Source: Octopus vulgaris
Taxonomy: Eukaryota
Direction of reading: 5' to 3'
DNA: 64,000 nucleotides
Assembly (NCBI GenBank): GCA_951406725.2
Contig: OX597817.1
Location: 129,208,001-129,272,000, forward strand
Below the pieces are notes generated by a model, which had not been told where the DNA came from, did no database searches, and saw only the letters and a list, made by a program, of their open reading frames with translations. Both the position numbers and the translations under genes were made by a program. Of this stretch, positions 50,430-64,000 are shown in pieces (the stretch's first letter is position 1; each line of letters begins with the position of its first letter).

Positions 50430-51130
50430 ATGTTGCAATAAAGATATTTTTTCAGTGACCACTCTTTTGTAATAGACTTTTAGTGAGGGAGGGTTTGAAT
50501 TTCTTACACTAATATAGTTTAGTCTGGGGCCTTGCGAACAGAAGGTCAAGTTGTTGTTTGAAAACATTTATCCCACTGAATGTAGATTCTCCGATATTTT
50601 GGCAAGACCTTTGAGTCCCAAGCTATATAGTAACTTGGCCTTCACTTTTGGCAAGATGGATGGGTCCTTTGGATCCGTACAGTGACGTCCATTTCGGGGA
50701 CTGATATAACTTTCGATTCCAACGTTTGGTGCCAACTCTTCTAGGATCTTCCATATATCACCGCATATCTCTCACGTCTCCGTTTCAGGGAGTAGAATTG
50801 TATTTCTGTCAGTCTCTCCACTGATGCAATCTTCCTGGTGTATCACGACAGAACTGCCTCAAGTTCTGCTATTAATTTGACACTGTAAGGTAGCCACAGT
50901 TGAAAGTTGTAGTCCAGACAGCTGAAACAAATGTCTTCCATAGAACCAGCATAGTTTTCTACTCATTTGATTTGAAAGTTCTCAGAATCCATCTGGCTAC
51001 TCGTCTACACATTTCCACCATCTTGGTGATATGTCCGTGAAACGAAGCATCGTTGCCCATATCAATTCCCAGATCACGCACTTGTTTGACCCTTGGATTG
51101 CCATTCCTTTTGGTTCAAAATGTTTTTATT
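50430..51130 (-). mobile_element. CR1/L2-group LINE 3' fragment
   Basis: Manual translation gives WILRTFKS..TMLVLWKTF..LDYNFQLW.P...ELEAV...YSLKRRRERYAVIY..WKIL. Confidence 0.8.
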
Positions 51131-51169
51131 ATGGCATGTACCTAGTACCTACAGTAAAAAAAAAAGCAG

Positions 51170-51545
51170 AAAACATTGACAGAACAAATGTAAGCCGTGC
51201 AAAACCAAGACTGAAGATAAAAACAAGATTATTGCCAACTGCAACAAAATGTCGTCCTGATATTATCTACCTAGGAGGCATGATATGGTGGCCAGAACTG
51301 TCTGGAACATGATGAAAAAAAGAAGAAACACTAACAGACGAAGTTGACTACATCGAGACCGAGGGGCCAAAAGAGTATTGGTGGAACTTAAAAACTAAAA
51401 CAGTAATCACTAAAATGAAACACAACCGATCAGATATCGTTTTGTGGGACCACAAAAAAAAAGATGCTCTTTTGTGAAAATCATCTGTTCTCTGAAGACA
51501 TCTATGGACCATTGATAAGGAGTTTGCAAATCGAGTAGCCAAAAT
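51170..51545 (+). mobile_element. Decayed RLE-type (R4-like) LINE C-terminal fragment
   Basis: CKTKTED..IIANCNKMSS*YYLPRRHDMVARTVW...EYWWN...KMKHNRSDIVLWD: a zinc knuckle, RHD and PD-region pattern. Confidence 0.7.
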
Positions 51546-52267
51546 ACACATTCAGCTTGAAACGTATCAAGTACCAGTTGAGTAATGGTGTCGATGTAAT
51601 CGACTTAACTTTTCCCACAAAATGTTTCAGGCCTTGTACTTATAGCAGAAAGAATTACTGGAGTAACAGGATAAGTACCCACCTGTATGGAGAAAGTATG
51701 GCTGAACTTGTGTTCTTGGAGAGAGAACGCAATACCTTAATTCATACACTACAAAAGATTACGAAATCTTGAACTATAAAAAATCTGAAAGGCCTTCTTA
51801 AGAGTTAAAGGATGAACAAAACAAGATGCTTTTATTCCCAGCCTTAGTACCAGGTAGATAACCGGTTAAAATTAGCTCTAAATTACAAAGAGAAAAAGGA
51901 CATACGAGTATTATGTGTAAGGTGGACAGAAGTAGCTTGTACGTATTCCCCGCTAATCTCACTTGAAACGCACGATATGACAATTGATGAGCAAGCAGAA
52001 GGAAAGAAGGCATTCTGGGGTTCTGATCCACTTCCTCTAAATACAATCGATTGATGATAGAGCGAACATTTATAAAACAGTTCTGGAATTCTCTATTTTA
52101 GTAATTCTGGTTTGAATGTATGTAAATAATTACATGTACTTACACTGACAGACACACACGTGAGAAAGACAAACAGTAATGAAATAAACACATTTGTGCA
52201 CTGAAATGACATGCAATCCTACTAAATATTATTCATTCCACATATCATGAAAAGAGGCACGATTAGA

Positions 52268-52436
52268 TGCCAGTCTGATGAAGTACCACTCCGATTTAAT
52301 CGTCTATACAAATTAGTTCACACAAAAATAAATACTTCTTCACACAAATATATACATATTATGTAGTTTTTCACACAAAATAATTTACATGCAATATCGT
52401 TAAAGTTGGAGTGCTACAGAAACAATTGTAACGAGT
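52268..52436 (+). ncRNA. Type I hammerhead ribozyme motif with very long stem II insertion
   Basis: CTGATGA (52275-52281); gta.cactcc..tttaa pairs with ttaaa...ggagtg.tac; GAAAC (52419-52423); palindromic ACAATTGT; GTA triplet (52428-52430). Stem I is weak. Confidence 0.6.
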
Positions 52437-52499
52437 TTTAAAGTTTTAATAAATTCCTTCTTCGTTTTCTTTATATGTTACTCTTCGAGGAAACCTTGG

Positions 52500-54167
52500 C
52501 TATTTCTGTTCCAGTAAACAAATAAGAGGTAGCCCGCCTACCATCACCTCAGTGACCAAGAAGACCTCTATAGAAAGATGGACTGGGTGAATCGGAGCAT
52601 ACGGACCCGCGAAAATTATGACCATATGTGAAAAAGGTCGCACATGTGATGAGCATGGGTGCCAAAAGTTACTCAAAGTGCCACGTCTTTAAGCTCAATA
52701 ACAAAATATTCGCTCAGGAAGAAGTGGGGCAAGCATCGATGCTAGTATCGCCGGCGATGTGGCCAACCTCTTTATGATATGGTGGGACAGGAGACTCAAA
52801 GAATGTTTAATAAGGAGCTCCGTAGCTCCCTACTAAGTAGTAGTAGACAATATATAATAACCTGAACTAGAAGCTAGCAACATGAGAAGCATCCAGCACG
52901 TAGCTAACTCTATCCACCCCAATATTAAAGTAAAAATACTTACTGTTTTAGACAATGAACTCTGGCTGGAAACTAAGAATAACAAAACCCAAATTATCCA
53001 CTCGCACAATGTCAAACCCAATGCAGCGGTTAATACTAAGTTCAATATCTTGAGTGTGGGATTTATAAGGGTAATGGAGAAACGTGTCCCGTATCGAACA
53101 GAATTAGACCGAACGGAATTAGAGAAACACATACAGCACTTCATCAGCCGCATGCAGTTCTCTGGATGCAGCCGAAGGGTGTACAAAGGAGCCATAACAA
53201 AAATCGAAACCATCACAGAGACTGACGCAAATGAAATCTGCCGGCTATGCAAAAGTAAACCATGGAATAGTATAGAAAGGACTAAGAGGAAGATTGTTAG
53301 TGCCAGTTCATGGTATGATAGGCAAAAGTACCAGAGTTTCATGTTTATCGATGCACACCTAGTGGCAAACTAGCTTATCATTTTAGAAAAGCCCTAGGTA
53401 AGCTGAATCTAAAGATTAAAGTAGTAGAAAGGCCAGCAACTCCCATAAAATCCCTGATTTGTAGAACAGAACATAGCCATTTTAAAGAATCCCCCTGTAC
53501 TGATAGGGACTGTATAGTGTGTAGGGTAAGCAGACAGTTAAACTGCAAAACTAGGAATGCAGTCTGTAGTATAAGGTGTACAGAGCGACGGTGCAGATAC
53601 AAGACAACGATATGCATTGAAAAGGCAACCCATAACATTGGAGGGATAATTAGTGAGCACTGGTGGGTACTCAAAGAGGAGAAAAGCTAGTTAGTGTTAT
53701 ATCAACATGCTAAATTATAACATGGACCCTGTTTATACATAGAACGAACGCAGTACTCAGGCAGATTACGAAGCCACACACATGATAGAAAATAGACTGA
53801 GCCTCAACAAAAAACGCAAATTGAATAATAGCACCACCCTTACTACATCCCATCCCGCAACTTGAAGAATGAAGACAGAATAAAAATAATTAATGAATAA
53901 ACAGATAAAAGACATGGATACTGACAGTGGAAAAATCACCCCTGTATACATGCAGACAAGACACACGTACACATGCAAATCAGATAGACACACATACAAT
54001 GATACAGAAACAAGCACGTGCAGGTAGAAATACATACTGCAGAAAGACAACATGGAACAGACAGGATGAGATCACAAAAAGGGGGAGACATGGAGAAGAA
54101 CAGATCCTCATTGAAGAAATCACATAATGTGTGACGGAAGAACTCTGACAAGTAAACTAGCAATCCT
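52500..54167 (+). mobile_element. Decayed Penelope-like element (Neptune-like): RT, Cys-rich linker, GIY-YIG remnant, 3' UTR
   Basis: HVFKLNNKIFAQEE..., IAGDVANLFMIWWDR, ANSIHPNIKV...LDNELW, FISRMQFSG, PCTDRDCIVC...NCKTRNAVCSIRC..C. Ends in (TA)n, with a degenerate hammerhead-like motif near 54110-54145. Confidence 0.8.
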
Positions 54168-54183
54168 ATATTTATATATATAT

Positions 54184-54265
<82 letters not shown>

Positions 54266-54278
54266 GTACGTGTGTGTT

Positions 54279-54353
<75 letters not shown>

Positions 54354-54498
54354 GTATACGGTTATGTATTTGTTTTGCAAGATTCTTGTTGCGAAATGTG
54401 TACTGAAACAGATATTGTTATATTTGGGGAGGGTCAGTTTGTCAGTAAACAAACTCACGATTTATTTGATCTTCACTATAGCTTTATTGTTTAATACA

Positions 54499-54612
54499 GG
54501 CGCAGGCGTGGCCATGTGATAAGAAGCTTGCTTCTAACCACATGGTTCCAGGTTCAGTCCCTTTGCGCGTCCTTCTGAATGAATTTGGTTAACGGAAAGG
54601 AGAAGCCCGTCG
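54499..54612 (+). mobile_element. SINE family A, deleted 5' fragment
   Basis: ggcgcaggcgtggccatgtgataagaagcttgcttctaaccacatggttccaggttcagtccc head. Confidence 0.8.
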
Positions 54613-55484
54613 CATATAATTGTATATACGCTTCTTACCACATAGCTATATAAAAGGATATAAAGGATATAAAAGGTATGAAAGGTGCTTCTCTTCTGAC
54701 GATTAGTTAACAAATTGGAAAGCAAGTCAAAACAATTTCCCGTATTTTCCTGTATGTTTCGAGAGAGCAAGTTGCATTATACATCTGTTTAGTGTTTCTC
54801 AGGAAAAGGCCTAAAGCTGAAATTTCATTCTTACATGAGTAAGGTTGGATGTAAATATACGTTGTTTCTGATGCTATATGTAATTCGTAAATGTCGTTTT
54901 TGATGCAATAATATACTGTAGTATAAACGTACAGAATTTTTATAACGTTTCACGGGGTATATTAATTCATCCGATTTAATACACTGGGCAGCTGTAAACG
55001 ACTGTCGTTTCAAACAATCTGATTGTAGACTGAAAAAGGAGATGGGTCACTTAGACAAGTTTCCATCTTTATTGAGGTTTCCTCAGTAATTAATTACCGT
55101 GATTTTCTATTGCGAACCATTATTAAGGGTTTTATAATCTTCCATATATCGATTTACACAAATAACGCAACTACTTCGATTAATAAATTCCTGAAGCGTT
55201 CGCAATTTTCATTTTTGGTGCTATAAAAACACTATTGAATAAATTTATAGATTTCAGCCACTCTTGCTCCGTAATTATATTTAATGAAATACGTTGTCGA
55301 GTCGTAAACGACCACCATTTTTGTACGATCTCTCTACTGGTAGAAAAGAAAATAGTTGATCAGAAAAACTATCATTTTATTATTTGGATCAGTTCCAATA
55401 TTTGTTGAGATTATATCATCAACTTACTGTATTTTTCTAACTGTATATGGTGACGGTGTATATATAGCCACAGCGAAGAAAGTA

Positions 55485-55744
55485 TAAAAAAGAAAGAAAG
55501 AATGAAAGAAAGAAGGAAGGAAGGACGGAAATAAAGTAAGAAAGAAAGAAAAATAATAAAGGAAAGAAAGAAAGAAAGAAAAAGGAAAGAAAGAAAGATA
55601 GATAGAAAGAAAGAAAGATAGATAGAAAGAAAGAAAAAGGAAAGAAAGAAAGATAGATAGAAAGAAAGAAAAAGGAAAGAAAGAAAGATAGATAGAAAGA
55701 AAGAAAAAGGAAAGAAAGAAAGATAGATAGAAAGAAAGAAAAAG

Positions 55745-55806
<62 letters not shown>

Positions 55807-55835
55807 ATGAGAGAAAGAAAATAGAAAGAAAGAAA
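55485..55835. repeat. Purine-rich higher-order (GAAA/GATA) satellite, ~35-bp unit
   Basis: Repeating gaaagaaagaaaaaggaaagaaagaaagatagata, grading into (GATA)n. Confidence 0.9.
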
Positions 55836-56937
55836 CAAACAAAAATAAGGGAGGGAAAGCATAAAAAGAAAGTGATGAAAACAGCATTTTGTTTTCATAA
55901 ATTTAGCTTAGTAATCATTGATAAAACACAGTGATTTGAGTTACTTTCTCCGGCAATTTTCTTTGAGAAACCTACCAGAGCGGCAAATATTCGGGTAATC
56001 AATCAACCAAATAAACCGTGGAACAGTGGGGAGCTTAAAAAAATATAAATCAAATTAAACAAATAAAGAAGGGCACCTAAGTTTTTGATGGCTAACTATG
56101 GACTACGTATAATGTGGTGGGAGTGTAGTGATGAACTACATAATATATACAGAAATATATATATGTATATATATATATATATTTATTTCTGAAACCTGTC
56201 ATCGATCTGGTGGCACCAGTTAATCTACTGTACACTTTTGTATCATTCAATAGAACACGAAAAGAGAGGTAGGAGCGACAGAGACAGAGATAGATATATA
56301 TATATGTAGAGTAACAGAAAGGGAGAGTGAGAGTAGAAGGTGGCTTAATAGTTCATTGTTAATTAATATATAACTATAAACGAATGAATAAATGAAAAAA
56401 AAAAGAAAAGAAAAGACGGGGGTAGAAGGGGAGAGAGTAAGTGAGAAAGAAAGAAAGAAAAAAATCAAAGAAATAGAATATATTAATAAATATACGTCAC
56501 TTAATCATTGTTGAGTTGTTTTTCACTGATCTTAATAAAGCTATTTAATGGCTGTTTATACTGAACCAAACAAACACAAGCAAAGATCAATGTCAATATA
56601 ATTAGCTGTATTTACACAGCATGAGGCCAAGTGGTCTGTACCTGCACCACCTTCTATCGCTTGTTCTCGCCCCCCACTCTCTTTCTCTCGTTAATTTTCT
56701 CTTCACCCCTCACTCTCATAATATATATATATAATATATGTATGTATGTACATACGTATGTATGTATGTACGTACGTATGTATGTATGTACGTACGTATG
56801 TATGTATGTATGTATTTCTGTGCAATTCTCCGTGCATAATCTTGCCTTCTCTATCACTTTCTCTTCATCTCACTCTCTTCCTTTCCATCCTCTTTTACAT
56901 GCCATCAATCTTATAAATACACGTGCATATACGTATC

Positions 56938-57016
<79 letters not shown>

Positions 57017-57229
57017 CTTTTCTACTCTAGGAACAAGGCCTGACATTTTGGGGAGGGAGAAGTCGATTACATCGAAACCAGTATTTCGCTGGTACTTAAT
57101 TTATCGACCCCGGAAGGATGAAAAGCAAAGTCAACCTCGGCGGAATTTGACCCAAGAACGTAAAGAGAGACGAAATGCCGCTAAGTATTTTCCCCAGCAT
57201 GCTAACGATTCCTCGAGCTCGCTGCCTTA

Positions 57230-57282
<53 letters not shown>

Positions 57283-57289
57283 AATGATG

Positions 57290-57346
<57 letters not shown>

Positions 57347-57910
57347 GTCCTTTCTACTATAGGCACAATTGAAATTTTAGGGGAAAAAGTTGATCGAATC
57401 CATTGATCCCAAAGCTAGCTGGTGCTTACTTTACTGACCCTGAAAGAATGAAAGGCAAAGTCCACCTCAGCGACATTTGAACTCAGAACGCAAAACCGAA
57501 AGAAATGTGTCGCTGAACATTTTGTCCGGAGTTTTAAAGATTTTACCAGCTCGCTGCACCTAACAGTCTATAGCTACAAAGCCTTAAATTTTGTGGGAAG
57601 GACCTGACTGATTACCTCGATCCTCAGTGTTCAACTAGTACTTATTTCATAGACCCCGAAACGATGAAAGGTAAATTAATCATGGTGGGATCTGGACTCG
57701 GAACGTGAAGCGCCGCAAGAAATACTACAGAGCATTCAGCCCGATGGATTAACGATTCTGCTATCTTAAAAACACTCAAAATTTAGTACAAGGTCAGCAG
57801 ATCTTTATTTCATCAATCTCAAAAGGATAAAAAGACAAGTTGACCTCGACTGGTTTTAACTCAAAGGCTAGAATAAATACCACAAGGCATTTGTACACGC
57901 TAATAATTAT
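57017..57910 (-). mobile_element. Four head-to-tail SINE family C copies
   Basis: Reverse-complement core near 57100, 57440, 57650 and 57820; (ATT)n and (ATC)n tails adjoin the first two copies. Confidence 0.8.
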
Positions 57911-57916
57911 GAGAAG

Positions 57917-58235
57917 GATTTCTTTTATTTACCACAGGGGCCTCAAATGAAGGAACGTTACAAAGCAGGTTACATGAAATGGTGGGATTTACATAAAATA
58001 AGCGGAGTAAAGAAATGGGGAAAATATATACGTTTTACAAATTCAAGGATGACATAGTCCCCCTAACGTAAGCTGACCTCTAGCTAGTATTAATCAAAGG
58101 AGCTCACAAATTCAAGATCACTCTGACCATCATGAACATGTACCCTTGTTCACCGAACTGCAAACGCATGTTAAGTGTAGTTCCATCTACTGTAAGCATT
58201 TTCGCAATAATTAACAACCTTCTGATAAATTCGCC
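57917..58235 (-). mobile_element. 3' end of another Tx1-like LINE
   Basis: C-terminal FIRRLLIIAKMLTVDGTTLNMRL is weakly similar to the ORF2 end of the 7.6-12 kb LINE. Tail ggcccctgtggtaaataaaaagaaat. Confidence 0.5.
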
Positions 58236-58872
58236 AGTGGAAGTGCACAGAGGTGCAAAAATTATCGAAGTGTGCTCCTGACTGTATACACCGCACTTTA
58301 GTGCCCGAATTATTTGATAATGAACTACAGCGCATTTTTTGATCATTCTAAATGCATTTATGATATACTATTTTTAACCTTAGTCTTTAAATCACATTGC
58401 GAAAAATAAAACAAAGTTGTTGCATAACAAATTTTTACTCCTCTTTGAACAAAAATAGCAACTCCGTTCTGATACGTTTCAAGTTTTCTAAGACCTTTAT
58501 CAGAGAAAGATTGCCCATCTTCCGTTCACGGACAGATTAGTAACTTACATCTAAGAAGACTAGAGATTCGGCAGATTGAGTCCATTTTTTTCTGCTAAAG
58601 TGTTCACAGCTAATTATTTTTTTATTTTTCATGTTAAGGAAACAGATTGTATGTTTGTAAAATGAACACAAGAGTATACGTTTCATTTCAATTCATCGAA
58701 AAAAAAAAAAAAAAGCAACGTGTATTATTTATAAGTTACTATCCCGTTATCTGTGTATGTGAACTATTATGTGGATAAGATGGGCCACTTTAGCTGTGCT
58801 TGAGTTTGTATATGGAAGAAATAGCTAAGATACTACTACTATATCTATAATGTATATCCGTATCTATATCTA

Positions 58873-58990
<118 letters not shown>

Positions 58991-59049
58991 ATAAATAATA
59001 TATATATGCATATATACACACATACATGTACATACCTACATATATATGT

Positions 59050-59380
59050 AGAGGAAGTAAAAAAATCGTGAACAACATGAAAAACAAGAACATGAAAAAA
59101 CAGAAACATAGAAGACGAACTTTTTATCGAACAACGAAAGAAATAAATAGAGAATCGAAACAGGCAACATGAAAAACAATCCCTTCATCAGTTGTCCCCT
59201 GTTTTATCAACTCCTCATTTCGAACGTTTGGACAAGATGCGTCTTCGTCAAACAGCCGTTCTGGCAAAGCAAATTAAATAAAGTTCCTGCTTTGCGGAGG
59301 GTTAAAGTGATAACAAAAACAGGTCAGTAAAAACAAACGGTAAGGGTTGTTAAGCTATAACGAGGTGAAGTGGTGAACGC
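59050..59380 (-). repeat. Dispersed repeat related to 21930-22200 (possible PLE pLTR relic)
   Basis: Shared layout: A-rich tract, ccc(g/t)tcatcag(c/t)tgtc, tttcgaa, aattaaa(a)taaa...gcgg. Confidence 0.5.
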
Positions 59381-59567
59381 TACACATACACACACACACA
59401 CACACAAACATTGAGAGAGGTGAAGGAGAAATAGGTAGACAATAAATAGATTGATATTTTCTTACAAAGACAAGATTGATGATGACTTCGATGCTTCAGT
59501 TCAAATGCTTTCGTCACACAGTCTGATGAAATTTTGTCAAAATATTAGTGTGGTAGTATGATCCTTC

Positions 59568-59665
<98 letters not shown>

Positions 59666-59825
59666 CTATAAACACAAACACTCAAACGTGTTTGTGTGCG
59701 TGCGAGTGTGTGTGTATACACATTCATCGACTTTCTTTTAAAGTATGTTTTTCTCTGACTTATGGATTACTTACACACTCACACACACATAACATATACA
59801 CACACACATTATATATATATATATA

Positions 59826-60693
59826 CGAAATGACCCAGAAGTCACTGAGGGTTTTAATTTTTAATAACTCCTTCATTTTTTCAAATAGCTGTATGAAATT
59901 TTAATTCAATAAAAATGAGATAACGGAAATTAATTTGCATTAGTTATTTTCATTATCTCTCTGTATTACGTATGAAAAATGACATCTTTTAAATGATGTC
60001 CGTGGTCAGCTTCACACTTTATGGGGTGTAATTCTCCTTGATGTAGTGCTCTCGGATTTTCAGAGCCCCAAAACCGGCAACTTTGTCTCTTGATGAACCC
60101 ATTCGAATGAAAGTGATCTTCATCAGACATGATCAATTTTTGTGTAAAATTTGGGTAATTTCGTGCCAATTCCGGTATTCTGACAGCGTATTGAAGCCTG
60201 TGTTCATAGTCCTGGACCTTCAATAGTTGAACCAACTGTATCTTGTATGAAAAATGGTTAAGGATGCAGAGAACTCTTTGCAATGAAGTTTTTGAAATCA
60301 TAAGCTGTCTGGAGCGCCTTCGAGTTGACGTGCCCAGATTCTGTCCAATACTCATTCCCTTACCTCATCAGTTCTGATAGATCGTCTCGCAGATCGTGGG
60401 AGATCACTTACTGCCCCTTGTTCTTCAAAATAAGGAACCAAGTTCCTAATTGTGTTTTTACTTGGTGTATCTCTCACTTGAATGTGTCAACGATATGCTG
60501 TCTGGGTTTGAATAACTGACCCCTGATTTTGATAGAACAATTTCACCACTTGGGTGCGTTGTGCGGTGCTATATTTTTCCTTAAGTAATTTTCCACACCT
60601 GGTCCATAAAATCCCTGAAAAGAAAAGAAAAATGTAAAAAAATAAAAGAATTATCAAAAATTGCAATCCCTCAATGACATTTGGGCCACCCTG
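59826..60693 (-). mobile_element. Internally deleted mariner-like (DDxD, maT/rosa-type) transposon
   Basis: ~45-bp imperfect TIRs (cagggtggcccaaatgtcattgaggg / cgaaatgacccagaagtcactgaggg). Remnant YSTAQRTQVVKLFY...STRRRSRQL..YKIQLVQLL..IMSDEDHFHSNG...RFWGSENP is joined directly to the C-terminal GHHLKDVIF. Confidence 0.88.
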
Positions 60694-61664
60694 TATGTAT
60701 GTATGTATGTATGTATGTATGTATGTATGTATGTATGTATGTATGTATGTATGCATGTATGTATTTATGTGCTTAAATATATGTTATATGTATATACAAG
60801 CATACAACACAATACATGTAATGATATATATGTTGGTATATATGTTTTCTATGCGATATTTCAAGTTTGTCCTAAAATTGAAGCCGGTCATTAATAAAGA
60901 GTTAAGTTTAATTTTTGCCTCTTTTTTTTGTTTGTTTCAGTCATTTGTGAATATTTAAATGAGTCAGTGTGCGCGTATCTGAAGGGGCATATGTGATATA
61001 TGGATATATACTTGTACTCATGTAATGTGTATGCTATGTACGCTATGCTATGTGATTGTGTACAAAGGTTCATTCTAAAACATTAAAATGGAAAATCTTC
61101 GGAATGTTTTGGAAATTGGTATAATCTTCGACAGTATATGGAAGACACAAGTCTTTTTATTTTTATTTTTATTTATTTATTTTTATTATTATTATTATTT
61201 TTTTTTTTGAAAATCACAGTATTACGAGGCATTTATGCAAGTTTGTTGTTCCATGGTCCAGTACACCCATTCTAGATTAAATTTAATAGCCTTGATACAC
61301 GAGCTGTCATTTCTTTGTTAATTCGGCATAGATAGTCTCGCTTTTATTTTTATCGGGACATTCAAATCCGCTGTGCACTTGACCTGTTCAGTGGTGTATA
61401 ATGTTTTACCTTTTCTCTTAGAATAGTAGCAGCACTAATACACATAGTGTAACCCTGGTGGTTAGCTATCAAAGGGGAGACAACCCCTTCTAGATTAAGT
61501 TAAGTATTAGTACATTAACTTAATTTAATATCTAGAAAGGATAAGAAGTTCGTATACACATTTTTTTCTTAACACATTATAAAAGTTTCCAGTAGTTGGT
61601 AGCCACATATAGTATCATTTTATCCTTCTTTGGAATCGCCAGCATGGCAAAACCCAGAGCATGC

Positions 61665-61918
61665 AGGCGCATAAGTTAGTGGCTAGGGTGTTGGACTCAT
61701 GATCGCAAGATTGTGGTTTCGATTCCTGCACCGGGCAGCGCGTTGTATTCATGAGCAAAACACTTCATTTCACGTTGTTCTAGTTCTCTCAGCTAGCAAA
61801 AATGAGTAATCCAGAGATGGTCAGCCGTCCCTTCCAGGTGGGAAATATATACTCCATGAAACCGTGAAACAGGCACTTATGAGTCAGTATGACTCCAGAA
61901 GATAACTTTTACCTTTAC
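61665..61918 (+). mobile_element. SINE family B-like (variant tail)
   Basis: ggcgcataagttagtggctaggg...ggtttcgattcc...gagcaaaacacttcatttcacgttg. Confidence 0.8.
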
Positions 61919-62044
61919 CATAACACAAAGCAGAGTGTTGTATTTGTACAAAATTCCTGGCTTTATTTGGAAGTTCCACCGTTATATATGACCATGTAGC
62001 TATACACTATCAAACGATAACCTAAATAGGCTTACAAGTCCATA

Positions 62045-62663
<619 letters not shown>

Positions 62664-62716
62664 GGCATACATCTATATGCATATATATACTGAAACACGT
62701 ACACGTGTGTATATAT

Positions 62717-63030
62717 CTTTTATCTTTTACTTGTTTCAGTCATTAGACGGCGGGCATATTAGATCACCATCTTGAAGAATTTTAATCGAACGAATCGACC
62801 CCAGTCCATTTCTTTTAGTTTGGTACTTATTCTATCGGTCTCTAGTGGAGGGACAAACACATACGCGCGCACGTGCATACAGACACAGACACACACACAC
62901 AAACACATGACTGGCTTCTTTTAGGTTTTGTCTACCAAATCCATTCACTCACAAGGCTTTGATTAACCTGAGGCTATGATAGAAGACTCTATGACGCAAG
63001 GTGCCACGCAGCGGGACTGAACTTGGAAAC
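62717..63030 (-). mobile_element. SINE family A, older copy
   Basis: Diverged match to the family A tail and body. Confidence 0.75.
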
Positions 63031-63265
63031 CTATGCCTATATGTGTGTGTGTGTAAATAAATATATATTTATATATAAATAGATGAGTGTATTTTTACCT
63101 TGTTACCAATTAACACGGAAAAAAAATAGTTACCAGGGCAGCAAAAATCTCACTAGTAAAGGTGTTGTAACTCCTTGTTTATAAAGGTAGAAACTTACGA
63201 TTTTTAAGCCCATTCTACTAAAAAAATTAACTAAACTATTCTTAACTTTTTGTACCTTTTGTTTG

Positions 63266-64000
63266 GAAATATTTTTATTCATCTATCAATCCAATAGTAC
63301 TTAATAAGGCACTTTGGCTTGCTCATAACAAAGCTGGTCTCACTCGAGAAGAAATTAATGTTGTGTTGGCAGCCAGAAGATCTATTATTAAATTTGATGA
63401 TAAGTTGTGGGTCCGTAAAGACACACCAGATAGTTTCGATATACCAATGGGAAGTTCTGATTCAGCACAGATAGCTGATTTGGTATGTATATATATTCTT
63501 TTTGAAATGGCTGAAGAGTTCCCTAACATTTATGGAGGTCTATATCGTGATGATTGTTTACTTTATCTCCAAAAAAGTAAATATGACACCTTCAAAAGTA
63601 ATTACGCTATGAATACTAGTAAAAATATTTGGTTAATAATTCCTTACGGGAGACAAATTAAATCTAATCTCCCACTGCTGTTTCGTCAAGCTATTGCTAG
63701 GAATTTTCCAAACAATTCTAGATATTACTCTATTATCAATTCACATAAGGTTAGGATATGTTTTTCAAACACAAAAAATCTCTTGCAAATTATCTCTTCT
63801 CATAATAACAAACTGTTAAATATTAATACATTTACTAATACTAACATTAATTTAGCTAACACCATCCAACCCTCTAGAAATATTAATAACAAGGTTATTG
63901 TATCTGAAGTCAATTCCAATAGAATTAAGTTTATACCAGTGTATAATCAGTACTCGTAATAAAGTACGATTTTACATTGGAAGCACATCGTTAGAGTTAT
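63266..64000 (+). mobile_element. Penelope-like element RT fragment (Naiad-like), runs off the window
   Basis: FYSSINP..LNKAL; WVRK...FDIPMGSSDSAQIADLV..YIL; GGLYRDDCL; then NIWLIIPY...NFP...IINSHKVRICFS..NLLQIISSHNNKLL. The segment normally between YRDD and the thumb region looks deleted in frame. Confidence 0.85.

Overview
AT-rich, microsatellite-saturated eukaryotic DNA. It is intergenic or intronic, and I recognise no host protein-coding gene. The repeat landscape (three tRNA-headed SINE families, very long (TA)n/(TACA)n/(TAA)n tracts) resembles an octopus genome, but that assignment is inference. Most ORFs in the track are microsatellite artefacts. The real coding remnants all come from transposons: a near-full-length decayed Tx1/L1-clade LINE plus two fragments, R4/Dong-type RLE LINEs, RTE and CR1 fragments, three Penelope-like element (PLE) coding remnants, Tc1, mariner and Tigger transposons, and a Helitron helicase fragment. 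Four observations stand out. (1) A non-coding PLE-type element has 387-bp inverted arms, each carrying an intact-looking hammerhead ribozyme; a collapsed sister copy and several other hammerhead-like motifs lie elsewhere in the window. (2) A SINE whose 3' tail matches the 3' end of the Tx1 LINE appears to insert into the heads of its own family, building same-strand clusters and a 184-bp tandem array. (3) A repeat-spacer array of 14 near-palindromic GGACTTTTCCAGGAAGTCC cores contains an internal inversion. (4) Several long inverted repeats could form dsRNA. Coordinates were read by eye, and boundaries of decayed elements are approximate.
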